DNA from: Polyangia bacterium | GTDB taxonomy: Bacteria > Myxococcota_A > Polyangia > Fen-1088 | Direction of reading: 5' to 3' | Length of the DNA: 55,547 nt | Assembly (NCBI GenBank): GCA_038325725.1 | Contig: JBBQJG010000002.1 | Location: 1 to 55,547, forward strand | In this document: piece by piece, positions 1 to 8,151 of the stretch | How positions within the stretch are numbered: position 1 is the first letter of the stretch | How the letters are laid out: the number at the start of each line of letters is the position of its first letter | The notes under the pieces: generated by a model | What the model was told of the DNA's origin: nothing | The model's database searches: none | Seen by the model: the letters and a program-made list of their open reading frames with translations, nothing else | Position numbers and translations under genes: made by a program

Positions 1-1755
1 GATCTGTTCGCGTTCGTCGCCGAGGTCCTGACGCGCCAGCGTCGTTACGACCAGGCGCGCGCCGTCGCCGAGGCGGGCGCCACGCTCGACCCGACGTGCG
101 CCCGCTGCGTCTCGGCCGCCGCGACGACTCTGCTGCGCCTCGGCGACGAGACGCGCGGCCTCGAAGCCCTGCGGCGCGCCTGGAAGCTCGACCCCTACGA
201 CGCGCGCACGTTCAACCTCCTCGACCTCTTCGAGAAGGTCATCCCCGCGCGCTACGAGATGGTCTCGACGGCCCACCTGCGCTTCCGCATCGAGCCCGCG
301 ACCCGCCTCGCGATCGAGACCGTCGTCGCGCCGTTCCTCGAGGAGACCTACGCGCGCTACGTCGCCCGCTACGGCTTTCGGCCCAAGGGTCCGATCACCT
401 TCGAGCTGTACGGCGATCCGCGCCACTTCGCCGTGCGCACCGTCGGCCTGCCGGCGATCGGCGTGTCCGCGGTGTGCTTTGGTCGCGTCATCACTTCACA
501 GGCGCCGACGAACCACGCGTTCAACTGGGGCATGGTGCTCGCGCACGAGCTCGCCCACGTCTTCGCGATCGAGCTGTCGCGCTCGCGCGTGCCGCGCTGG
601 TTCACGGAAGGCCTTTCGGAGGTCGAGACGATGCGCGCGCGGCCCGAGTGGGCGCGCCACGACGACGTCGCGCTCTGGGGCGCGGCGAAGCGCGGTGAGC
701 TCCCGCCCTTGACGTCTCTCTCGGACGCGTTCATCGACGCACGCGACGGCGAGGCCGCCGTCCAGGCGTATTCGCACGCGGCGCTCGCCGTCGAGTTTCT
801 CGAACGTCGGTTCGGCTTTCCGCGCCTGCGCGCCGCCCTCGTGTCGTACGGCCGCGGCGCGCGTGGACCCGGCGTGCTCGAGACGCTCGCCGGGATGTCG
901 GCCGCGGCCCTCGAGCGCGCGTTTCAGGAAGATCTCTCGCGCCGCTTCGCTCGCTACGACACCCAATATGTACCGACCCAAACGCTGCGAACGCCACGGA
1001 AAGCGCCGCGTCTCGGGACGCCACCCGACGCGAGAGACGAGGTTCTCGGCGGGCTCGACGCGCTTGCGAGCGGCGACGTCGGCGGGGCGACACGCGCCCT
1101 GGCGCGCGCCCGTGCCACGCATGCCGGCTCCCGCGACGCCGAGGCCGCCGTGTCCTTCTTCGCGGGCGAGCTCGCCCTCGCCCGTCGCGACGCCGACGCC
1201 GCCGTGGCCGCCTTCACGGGCGTCCTCGAAGTCGATCCGAAGGCCTACGACGGCTACGACGTGCGCGTGCGTCTCGCGCTCGCCGAGATCCACCGGCACG
1301 CGCCCGCCGCCGCCGAGGCGCACCTGCGTCGCGCGATCAGCTTCGATGATGGCCGCGTCGAGCCACACGCCCTGCTCGCGGAGCTCTTCGCGGACCAGGG
1401 CCGCGACGCCGATCGCGCCACCGAGCTCGAGGCCGCGCTCCGCCTCGAGCCGCAGAGCGCGGAGCGGGCCAAAGAGCTCGTGCTGGCCAGCGCCCGCGCG
1501 GGCCGCAGCGCCCGTGTGCTGTGGGCGGCGCCCGTGGCGACGTTCATCGATCCCGCCGACGCCGAGGTCTTCGCGGCGCACGGGCGCGCGCTCGCCGCGA
1601 CGGGGCAGCCGGCCGCAGCCGCGACGTTGCTCGAGCGCGCGTTGCTCTTCCACGCCCCCGATGCGCCCGCCCTGCACCGCGCCCTCGCCGACCTCTATAT
1701 GAAGCTGGGTGACCGCGCGCGCGCCGAGGTTCACCGCGCCGCGGTCGCGCCCTGA
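1..1755 (+). CDS. Zincin-like metallopeptidase (peptidase MA-type HExxH) with C-terminal TPR-like repeats; 5' end cut by the window edge
   Basis: Frame 1 is open from base 1 through the ORF-track Met at 259. The upstream translation (DLFAFVAEVLTRQRRYDQARAV...) is helical-repeat-like, so the gene starts outside the window. HELAHVF lies at 544-564 and is followed by WFTEGLSEVE. The C-terminal ~250 aa are Ala/Leu/Arg-rich TPR-like helices. Confidence 0.7.
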   Translation, partial: DLFAFVAEVLTRQRRYDQARAVAEAGATLDPTCARCVSAAATTLLRLGDETRGLEALRRAWKLDPYDARTFNLLDLFEKVIPARYEMVSTAHLRFRIEPATRLAIETVVAPFLEETYARYVARYGFRPKGPITFELYGDPRHFAVRTVGLPAIGVSAVCFGRVITSQAPTNHAFNWGMVLAHELAHVFAIELSRSRVPRWFTEGLSEVETMRARPEWARHDDVALWGAAKRGELPPLTSLSDAFIDARDGEAAVQAYSHAALAVEFLERRFGFPRLRAALVSYGRGARGPGVLETLAGMSAAALERAFQEDLSRRFARYDTQYVPTQTLRTPRKAPRLGTPPDARDEVLGGLDALASGDVGGATRALARARATHAGSRDAEAAVSFFAGELALARRDADAAVAAFTGVLEVDPKAYDGYDVRVRLALAEIHRHAPAAAEAHLRRAISFDDGRVEPHALLAELFADQGRDADRATELEAALRLEPQSAERAKELVLASARAGRSARVLWAAPVATFIDPADAEVFAAHGRALAATGQPAAAATLLERALLFHAPDAPALHRALADLYMKLGDRARAEVHRAAVAP

Positions 1756-3332
1756 GGCAGCGTGGCCACGCCCGCGCGCGCGTCGTCCCCCTCGCGCGTC
1801 GGTTCGCTGGCCGAGGGCACGACGGCCGCGCGCGTCGCCGAGAGCGCCGGGAACGTCAGCACGAAGCGCGTGCCACCGCTCGCGCCTGCCGCGACCTCGA
1901 TGCGCCCACTGTGCTCGACGACGATCTCTTGCACGAGCGCGAGCCCCAACCCGGTCCCGCGCTCCTTCGTCGAAAAGAAGGGGTCGAAGATCTTGTCGAG
2001 ATACTCGCTCGGGATGCCGGGCCCCGAATCGGCGACCGTCAAGACGACCGACGCCACGTCGTCGGTCCCGACACTCCCGTCGACCGTCACGGTGAGGCGC
2101 CCGGGCCGGCCGCCTTGTCCCTCGGTCATCGCCTCGCGCGCGTTGCGCACGAGATTCAAAATGGCTTGCCGCAGCTGCGCCTCGTCGGCGGCGACCTCGG
2201 GCAGGCCCGGTGCGACCCGCAGCTCGAGTGTGATGCCCGCCTGCGACAGCTCGGCGCGCGCGAACTCGAGCACTCCCGTCACGATGGCCCCCAGATCCTC
2301 CGTCTCGAGCTTGGGCCGCGGCAAGCGCGCGAAGCGCAGATACGTCTCGGTGATCTCCGTGAGGCGATCGACCTCGGCGATGATCGATTGCACGAGCCGC
2401 GCGGGCTCCTCGGTCGTCTTTCCTTCGCCCCCGCGCTCCGCGATCTCGTCGCCCAGCAACTCGGCGTAAAGGCCGATCGACGCGAGGGGGTTGCGAACCT
2501 CGTGCGTGATCTGCGCGGCCATGCGCCCCACGGTCGCGAGGCGCTCGGAGCGGATGACCTTCTGCTCGCGCTCTTCGATCGCGCCGGCCATCGCATCGAA
2601 CTCGCGCGCCAGGTCGCCGATCTCGTCGTGCGACGTGACGCCGGTGCGCTTGGCGTAGTCACCCCCGGCGACCTGCCGCGCGCGGGTCCGCAGCACGCGC
2701 AGTGGCCGCAAAGTGCGCAACGTGAAGAAGAACGCCGCTCCCGCAATCGCAAGCCCCGCGATGCCAAGCCCGACCGCCATCTGCAGCGCCGTTTCCTCGT
2801 CGTCGGTGAGGCGCTGCGCGATCGCGCCGCTCTCGCCGCGCAGCGGCTTGCGCATGCGGTTGAGCATGTGGGTCACGGCCGCGAAGTGGCTTTCGAACTC
2901 TGGCCGGGCCTTCGGGTCGGTCGCCGCCTCCGCCGTGCCCGCCTCCGCGGCGAGCCCGTCCACCTGCTGCGCGAGCGCGACGATCTGCCGCCGCTTCACC
3001 TCGAAGTCGGGCCGCCGGTACGACGCCGATTCCTTCTCGAGATAGCGATCGATGGCCGCGACGCCGTCGTCGAGGTGTTTCCGCGCGCCCTTGAACGCCA
3101 AGGCGAGGTTCGGGTCGAGCCGGACGTTGTTCCGTCCCAGGGAGGGCGCGAAGTCGTTGAGCGCCTTCCAAGCCGCGTCCACGGAGCCCTGCAGGTCGAG
3201 GTAGGCCTCGTTCGCGAGCACGCCTTGCCGCGCCCGGTGAATGGACAGCACTGTGAACGTCGCGTCACCGGCGAACGCCACGAGGAGCGCCGTCAGCGCG
3301 AGCAGAACCTTCCCAGAAACCCCCAAGCGCAT
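1731..3332 (-). CDS. Sensor histidine kinase (two TM segments, extracytoplasmic sensor region, HAMP, HisKA, HATPase)
   Basis: 533-aa ORF. It has an N-terminal TM (VLLALTALLVAFAG) and a second TM (GLGIAGLAIAGAAFFFTL). These are followed by HAMP (RPLRVLRTRARQVAGGDY...DEIGDLAREFDAM), an H-box (HEVRNPLASIGLY) and N/G boxes (LNLVRNAREAM, DSGPGIP, GTGLGLALV). No response regulator gene is adjacent. Confidence 0.9.
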   Translation of the reverse strand: MRLGVSGKVLLALTALLVAFAGDATFTVLSIHRARQGVLANEAYLDLQGSVDAAWKALNDFAPSLGRNNVRLDPNLALAFKGARKHLDDGVAAIDRYLEKESASYRRPDFEVKRRQIVALAQQVDGLAAEAGTAEAATDPKARPEFESHFAAVTHMLNRMRKPLRGESGAIAQRLTDDEETALQMAVGLGIAGLAIAGAAFFFTLRTLRPLRVLRTRARQVAGGDYAKRTGVTSHDEIGDLAREFDAMAGAIEEREQKVIRSERLATVGRMAAQITHEVRNPLASIGLYAELLGDEIAERGGEGKTTEEPARLVQSIIAEVDRLTEITETYLRFARLPRPKLETEDLGAIVTGVLEFARAELSQAGITLELRVAPGLPEVAADEAQLRQAILNLVRNAREAMTEGQGGRPGRLTVTVDGSVGTDDVASVVLTVADSGPGIPSEYLDKIFDPFFSTKERGTGLGLALVQEIVVEHSGRIEVAAGASGGTRFVLTFPALSATRAAVVPSASEPTREGDDARAGVATLPQGATAAR

Positions 3333-3423
3333 GCTGGCTTACGCTAGCATGCACGGTGCCGCGCCACGAAAACCTGCCGCTCCGGCGCGCCCGTGCGTTC
3401 CCTCCAAACCGGGGCCTCGATCA

Positions 3424-3452
3424 TTGACAGGGCGGAAGTCTGCGGAAACAAT
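3424..3452 (+). promoter_or_regulatory. Possible sigma-70-type promoter (TTGACA-N17-AACAAT) for the PEGA gene
   Basis: A perfect -35 hexamer at 3424-3429 and a weak -10 at 3447-3452 that overlaps ATG 3451. If used, it implies a near-leaderless transcript that starts translation at ATG 3466. This rests on pattern match only. Confidence 0.25.
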
Positions 3453-4713
3453 GCGCTCCTGTAAGATGAGCTGGTTTCGCTGTCTGGGAGGATTTGCAGC
3501 TTTCACGGTCCTCGCCGCCCTGACGGCCGGGCGCGCGGTCGCAGGCGACCCGTCCGATTCCACGTCTACGATCGCCGTCCTGGGTCTCGAGGCCCTCGAC
3601 GGCGCACCGGACAGCATCGCCTCGGACATCACCGACGCTCTTCGCCAGCGCGTGGCCTCGACCAAGGGTCAGCAGCTCGTACAGGGTAAAGATTTAGTTG
3701 AGGTGAAGCTGGTCTTCTCGTGTCCAGATGAGGCGCCTCCCTGCATGGCGCAAGCGGGCAAGAGCATGGGCGCCAGCAAAGTGATCTTCGGCAACGTCAA
3801 GCGCGCGGGGGCGGACTACCAGGTCACGCTCAAGCTGCTCGACGTCGGGCACGGTACCGTCGAGTCCTGGGCGACGGAGACCATCGCGCGCAAGCGGGCC
3901 GAGTCGCAGGCCTTCCGTTCGCTCGCGCCGGCGTGGCTTTCGAAGCTCACCGGAAAGGGCGCGGGCGGCACACTGCAGATTCGCGCGAGCGTCGTGGGCG
4001 CCTCGGTGTCGCTCGACGGAACGCACGTCGGCGTCACGGGGAGCGGCCCCGTCGTCGTTCCGGACGTCGCCCCGGGGCGCCACGAGGTGGCCGTCGAGAA
4101 GGACGGGTACACGACGACCAAACAGGACTTCACGCTCGCGACGGGCCAGAGCTTGCCCCTCAGTTTGTCGCTGTCGGCCCTGTCGTCGGACGTGGGCGGG
4201 ACACCTCCAAATGAAACGCCGCCGGTGCTCGTTCACCGACCCGAGCCGGCCGACGAGGCTCCCTCTGGGGGATCGCGGACCATGTCGCGCGCCGCGTTCT
4301 GGGTTGCGGTGGTCGGGACCCTGACCACCGCCGGGTTGGGCCTCAAGTTTGCTAAAGACGTCGAGCAGCTGAATGCCGACCTCAATCCGTATCGCCGCCT
4401 CGACGCGGGACAATCGCCTTGTCCCGCGACAAACGTGGGCCAATGCGACCTCAAAGGCGATCCAGCCACGCCCCTCGACGACTCAGATTTCAAGAAGCAG
4501 AGGAGCCTTTTGGATCAGGGTCACACGGCCGAGACCCGCGAGATCGTCTTCCTGTCCTTCGCTGGCGCGTTCGCGATCGCGGGCGGGTACTTCCTCTATC
4601 GCGGCTACCTGGATTCGGGGACCGAGACCAACACCGCTTCCTCCCGCGGCCTTAGAATTTTTCCGACCGCGACGGCCTCCGCGGGCGGGATCGTCACGGA
4701 GTTCGATTTCTAG
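3451..4713 (+). CDS. Exported PEGA-domain protein with C-terminal TM segments
   Basis: Signal peptide (FAAFTVLAALTAGRAVAG). PEGA-type segment (ASVSLDGTHVGVTGSGPVVVPDVAPGRHEVAVEKDGYTTTKQDF). Hydrophobic segments near the C-terminus. The start is ATG 3451 or ATG 3466; the ORF-track start at 3241 gives an implausible Arg/Pro-rich leader that overlaps the divergent kinase gene. Confidence 0.75.
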   Translation: MRSCKMSWFRCLGGFAAFTVLAALTAGRAVAGDPSDSTSTIAVLGLEALDGAPDSIASDITDALRQRVASTKGQQLVQGKDLVEVKLVFSCPDEAPPCMAQAGKSMGASKVIFGNVKRAGADYQVTLKLLDVGHGTVESWATETIARKRAESQAFRSLAPAWLSKLTGKGAGGTLQIRASVVGASVSLDGTHVGVTGSGPVVVPDVAPGRHEVAVEKDGYTTTKQDFTLATGQSLPLSLSLSALSSDVGGTPPNETPPVLVHRPEPADEAPSGGSRTMSRAAFWVAVVGTLTTAGLGLKFAKDVEQLNADLNPYRRLDAGQSPCPATNVGQCDLKGDPATPLDDSDFKKQRSLLDQGHTAETREIVFLSFAGAFAIAGGYFLYRGYLDSGTETNTASSRGLRIFPTATASAGGIVTEFDF

Positions 4714-4736
4714 TTAACGCCCGGCTTTTAGTTAAC
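4711..4736. repeat. Direct repeat TAGTTAAC-N10-TAGTTAAC in the AT-rich PEGA/kinase intergenic spacer
   Basis: Exact 8-mers at 4711-4718 (this copy includes the TAG stop of the PEGA gene) and 4729-4736. Each contains the palindrome GTTAAC. They lie 18-43 nt upstream of the kinase TTG start. Confidence 0.6.
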
Positions 4737-4753
4737 AATAAGGCCCCCTACCC

Positions 4754-6286
4754 TTGAGCCTCATCAACACAACTGTAGGCAACTACAAGGTCACCAAGCT
4801 GCTCGGCGAAGGCGGCATGGGCATGGTGTACCTGGGCGAGCACCCGGTCATTGGTCGCAAGGTCGCGATCAAGGTCCTGCACGCCGCGTTGGCCGCCGAC
4901 AAGGACATCGTCTCCCGCTTCTTCACCGAAGCGCGCGCGATCCACATGATCGGGCACCCGAACATCGTCGAGATCCTCGACTTCGGCGCGACGCCAGACG
5001 GGCAGCCGTATTTCATCATGGAGTACCTCACGGGGGAGGCGCTGAGCGAGCGCGTCGCCCGCGGGCCGATGTCCGGCGAAGAGGTCGGACCGATCGCCGA
5101 TCAGATGTGCCGCGCCCTCGCAGCAGCGCACGCCAAGGGCATCGTTCACCGCGACCTCAAGCCGCACAACATCCAGATCCTCGAGCGCGACGGCGCGCTG
5201 CTCGTCAAGATTCTCGACTTCGGCGTCGCCAAGATCCTCGCGGCGCCGGACGGCTCGGAGTCGGTCAAGACGCGCACGGGCTCGCTCATGGGCACGCCGC
5301 TCTACATGTCGCCAGAGCAGTGCAAAGGCGCGGGGCTGCTCGATCACCGCACGGACATCTATTCGTTGGGCGTCATGCTCTTCGAGATGCTGGCGGGTCG
5401 TCCGCCCTTCCTGGCCGAGGGCATCGGCGAGCTGTTCGCGATGCACATGCTCGAGCCGGCGCCAAACCTGCTCGACTTCGCGCCGCAGACGCCGCCGGCG
5501 ATGGCCGCCGCCGTCATGAAGGCGCTCAACAAGGAGCTCGACGACCGCTTCCCCAGCATGGAGGAATTCCGCCGCGCGTTCCTCGGCGAGGTGGCCATCG
5601 CCCCCACGGCGGCGCGCGCGACGTCGATCAAGAAGCCCGGCATGCGTTCGATGCCTGGCGTGCAGGTGTCGCCGCAGGCGCAGTCGACGACGCTGTCGTC
5701 GGCGACCTCGGAGATCGACGACGAGTTCGGGCCGCCCAAGCGCAAGACGGGCCTCATCGTCGGCGCCGTCGTCGCGCTCGCGGCCATCGGAGGCGTCGCG
5801 TTCATCGCGACGTCGAAGAAGTCCTCGTCGACTCAAGGCAGCGGGCCCATTGCCAATGTGTCGACTCAGACGACACCGCCGGGCACGACGCCGCCCGCGC
5901 CACCGACCCCGGCGGCGCCCACGACCGTCAAGATTCGCCTCGAGGCAATTCCCCCGGGGGTTCACGTCTTCCGCAAGGCCGACAACACCGACCTCGGCAC
6001 GGCGCCCTTCGAGCGGCAGCTGCCGCGTAACGGGCCGGCGGTTCTCTACGTGCTGCGCAAGGATGGCTACAAGGACCTCGACGTCGGGACCGATCTCGCC
6101 AGCGACCACACGCTCCACGTCGCGCTCGAGAAGGTCGCCGAGGCCATGGGCGACAAAGACGACAAAGGCGACAAAGGCGAGCCGCAAAAGAAGAAGGCCG
6201 GCGCGGGCGGTGGACACCACGTCGCCAAGCACAAGGGCGGCAGCCCCGCCCCGGACGAAGACGGACTCGCGACTCCCAGCTTCTAG
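4754..6286 (+). CDS. Ser/Thr protein kinase (RD type) with TM segment and C-terminal PEGA-like domain
   Basis: Kinase motifs: G-loop LGEGGMGMVY, VAIKVL, HRDLKPHN, DFGVAK, GTPLYMSPE. TM segment LIVGAVVALAAIGGVAFI. C-terminal VKIRLEAIPPGVHVFRKADNTDLGTAPF...LRKDGYKD. TTG 4754 is the first possible start after the in-frame stop at 4739-4741, and an ATG further downstream would delete the G-loop. Confidence 0.9.
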   Translation: MSLINTTVGNYKVTKLLGEGGMGMVYLGEHPVIGRKVAIKVLHAALAADKDIVSRFFTEARAIHMIGHPNIVEILDFGATPDGQPYFIMEYLTGEALSERVARGPMSGEEVGPIADQMCRALAAAHAKGIVHRDLKPHNIQILERDGALLVKILDFGVAKILAAPDGSESVKTRTGSLMGTPLYMSPEQCKGAGLLDHRTDIYSLGVMLFEMLAGRPPFLAEGIGELFAMHMLEPAPNLLDFAPQTPPAMAAAVMKALNKELDDRFPSMEEFRRAFLGEVAIAPTAARATSIKKPGMRSMPGVQVSPQAQSTTLSSATSEIDDEFGPPKRKTGLIVGAVVALAAIGGVAFIATSKKSSSTQGSGPIANVSTQTTPPGTTPPAPPTPAAPTTVKIRLEAIPPGVHVFRKADNTDLGTAPFERQLPRNGPAVLYVLRKDGYKDLDVGTDLASDHTLHVALEKVAEAMGDKDDKGDKGEPQKKKAGAGGGHHVAKHKGGSPAPDEDGLATPSF

Positions 6287-6327
6287 CTCCGAACGCGAGG
6301 CTACGGGTCGCTTCGACTCGCCTTCTT

Positions 6328-7161
6328 CTAGTCTTTTTCGAGAGCCTTCGGCTCTCGCTTCGCTTGGCGCTGGGTGAGGAGGTCCAAGAAGCGCTCTGGC
6401 GCGAGCGCGACGCGGCTTCGGCTCTCGAGGTAGCGCTTGCGGTCCAGGGCGAACACGCCGCCGGCGGCGACGCCTCCGCTCGCGAGCGCCGCGAGATCGG
6501 CGAGGCCGAACCCCGGGAACATGGCGGCACCTCCGAGGCCCACGAGCGCGAAGGCCATCGCCGCGCGCAAGCTCATCTGCGTGAGGCGTTCTCGGCGCAT
6601 GTCGGCGAGGTCGATGTTGAACGTCACGGCCGTCTGCGCGGCGCGCGCGGCGTCGGAAGTATCCTCCTCGCCATCTTCACTATCTTCGCCTTCGACGATC
6701 GTCTCGACGCGCGAGACGAGGCTGAAGGCGTAGCGCTTCGAAAAATCGAGCGAGCGCGCGAGGCCCGGCCAGATGCCCTGCGCGCGCTCCCACTCGATGC
6801 GCCCGCCGTGGTGGCGACGAACCGTCATGAGCTGCTCGCGAAGAAACCGATCGACGGCCCGACGCACGGACGCCACGGGCGCCGGCACGAGGCGGCTCAC
6901 GACGATGCGGCTCGCGCCGAGGGTATGGGCGACCACCCCGCTCTCCTCGGGCTCGATCGAAACGCCGCGGCGAACCTCCGCAAGCGCTTGCGAGAGGGCA
7001 GCCCCGTGTAGTCCCGCCTCCTCGCCGAGGCGCACGATCTCGCCGACGCTGAGGCCGCCCTCGGGCGCGCGCTCGGCGTCGGTCCCACCACGCGTGTCGA
7101 GCTCGGCCGCGCGGCGCAACACGAAGTCGACCTGCTGGCGCGTAAGCTTGTCCGAGGACAC
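6328..7161 (-). CDS. Hypothetical protein with acidic linker and C-terminal Gly/Ala-rich TM segments
   Basis: The distal part of ORF 6328..8010 has protein-like composition starting at GTG 7161 (VSSDKLTRQQVDFVLRRAAELD...), preceded by an AAGGA-like SD. Upstream of that point the same frame is Arg/Ala/Pro-rich and overlaps the SDR gene. I did not recognise a family. Confidence 0.5.
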   Translation of the reverse strand: MSSDKLTRQQVDFVLRRAAELDTRGGTDAERAPEGGLSVGEIVRLGEEAGLHGAALSQALAEVRRGVSIEPEESGVVAHTLGASRIVVSRLVPAPVASVRRAVDRFLREQLMTVRRHHGGRIEWERAQGIWPGLARSLDFSKRYAFSLVSRVETIVEGEDSEDGEEDTSDAARAAQTAVTFNIDLADMRRERLTQMSLRAAMAFALVGLGGAAMFPGFGLADLAALASGGVAAGGVFALDRKRYLESRSRVALAPERFLDLLTQRQAKREPKALEKD

Positions 7162-7202
7162 GGTCCTTCGAGTATAGCCCCAAGAAAACCGCGTCGCAGA
7201 GC

Positions 7203-8108
7203 TCAGGTGTGCGGACTGTCTGGCGCCGATTTCGTGGGGGGCAGCGCGCGCGCGCGACGGATGGGGAAGGCGAGGCGCATGACCCACTCGTAGACGAGGT
7301 CCGGGCACAGCGAGCGCAGGCGGCCCGCAGAGAATGAGGTCGGCCCCGCGAGCCAGCGCAGCCGCGGTCGCCGGGCCGTCGCCGCCCGCTCGATGAGGTC
7401 GATGAGGGCGGGCAGCGGCGCTCGCCGCAGCCTCCCCGACTGGCGCCGGTACGCGGCGAGGAGCGCCGCGTAGGGGCTGTCGGGGCGTCGCGAGGCCTCG
7501 GACTGGATCTCTTTGGTGTGTAGGTCGCTCTCGTACGGGCCCGGCTCGATCAAGACGACCCGCACGCCGAAGGGCAGCAGCTCGAGGCGCAGCGATTCGA
7601 TCATGCCCTCGAGCGCCCACTTCGAGGCGTGGTACGGCCCCGACATGGGCACGGCGACGAGGCCCGAGATCGACCCGAGGGTCACGATCGTTCCGTCTCG
7701 GCGCGCGCGCATCGCGGGAAGGACGGCCCGCGTCACGCGGTGGACGCCGATGACGTTGGTCTCGAGCTGCGCGCGCAGCTCGTCGGGCGTCGTCTCCTCG
7801 AGCGCGCCGAGGGCGTAGTAGCCGGCGTTGTTGACGAGGACGTCGAGGCGCCCGCCCGTCTCGGCGAGCGCAGCGTCGACGGCGGCCGTGACCGAATCGT
7901 CGCGCGTGACGTCGAGCGTGGGCGTCGTGAGGCGCCACCCGAGCCGCGCGGCCTCGTCGCGCAGCGCCTGGGCGCCCTCCGGCCGCCGCATCGTCGCGAA
8001 CACGCGCCACCCGCGCGTCGCGAACCTGCGCGCGAGCGCGAGCCCAATCCCCGACGACGAGCCGGTGATCAGGATCGAGCGTGGGTCAGCCGAGGCTTGG
8101 TTCATCAC
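7203..8108 (-). CDS. Short-chain dehydrogenase/reductase (SDR) family oxidoreductase
   Basis: TGSSSGIGLA Rossmann motif, NNAG, and catalytic YHASK (YxxxK), in a 301-aa ORF. Confidence 0.9.
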   Translation of the reverse strand: MMNQASADPRSILITGSSSGIGLALARRFATRGWRVFATMRRPEGAQALRDEAARLGWRLTTPTLDVTRDDSVTAAVDAALAETGGRLDVLVNNAGYYALGALEETTPDELRAQLETNVIGVHRVTRAVLPAMRARRDGTIVTLGSISGLVAVPMSGPYHASKWALEGMIESLRLELLPFGVRVVLIEPGPYESDLHTKEIQSEASRRPDSPYAALLAAYRRQSGRLRRAPLPALIDLIERAATARRPRLRWLAGPTSFSAGRLRSLCPDLVYEWVMRLAFPIRRARALPPTKSAPDSPHT

Positions 8109-8151
8109 TCGAGGATCATCGCCGGCCGCGGCGCGCGGTCAACCGCGGCCC

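Noticed and set aside
496-1734. 412-aa ORF antisense to the zincin/TPR gene. There are similar long antisense or overlapping ORFs throughout the track, for example 4748-6232, 10995-12782, 14709-16244, 17078-18298, 18358-19986, 37441-39948, 39999-41324, 42075-43703, 46895-48460, 49261-50946 and 50709-52304.
   Set aside because: Their translations are dominated by Arg/Ala/Gly/Pro/Asp/Glu runs with no recognisable motifs. Each lies opposite or out of frame to a gene with clear family signatures. Long stop-free shadow frames are expected in very GC-rich DNA.
1731-1755. Convergent 3'-end overlaps (25 nt between the zincin gene and the histidine kinase; 15 nt between mpg and the SRPBCC gene at 11003-11017) as possible antisense regulation.
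   Set aside because: Short convergent overlaps are common in compact GC-rich genomes, and stop positions there are dictated by rare A/T-rich codons. Nothing else marks them as special.
6255-6280. The 3' end of the first kinase gene (ggactcgcgactcccag) resembles the repeat core cgcggactcgctcccag from 50481-50705.
   Set aside because: Only an interrupted 8+5-nt match, inside a coding region. This is too short to tell from chance without a genome-wide search.
6328-8010. 560-aa ORF spanning both the hypothetical gene and the SDR gene region.
   Set aside because: The N-terminal ~280 codons are Arg/Ala/Pro filler that overlaps the well-supported SDR gene (7203-8108) in another frame. Protein-like sequence begins only at GTG 7161.
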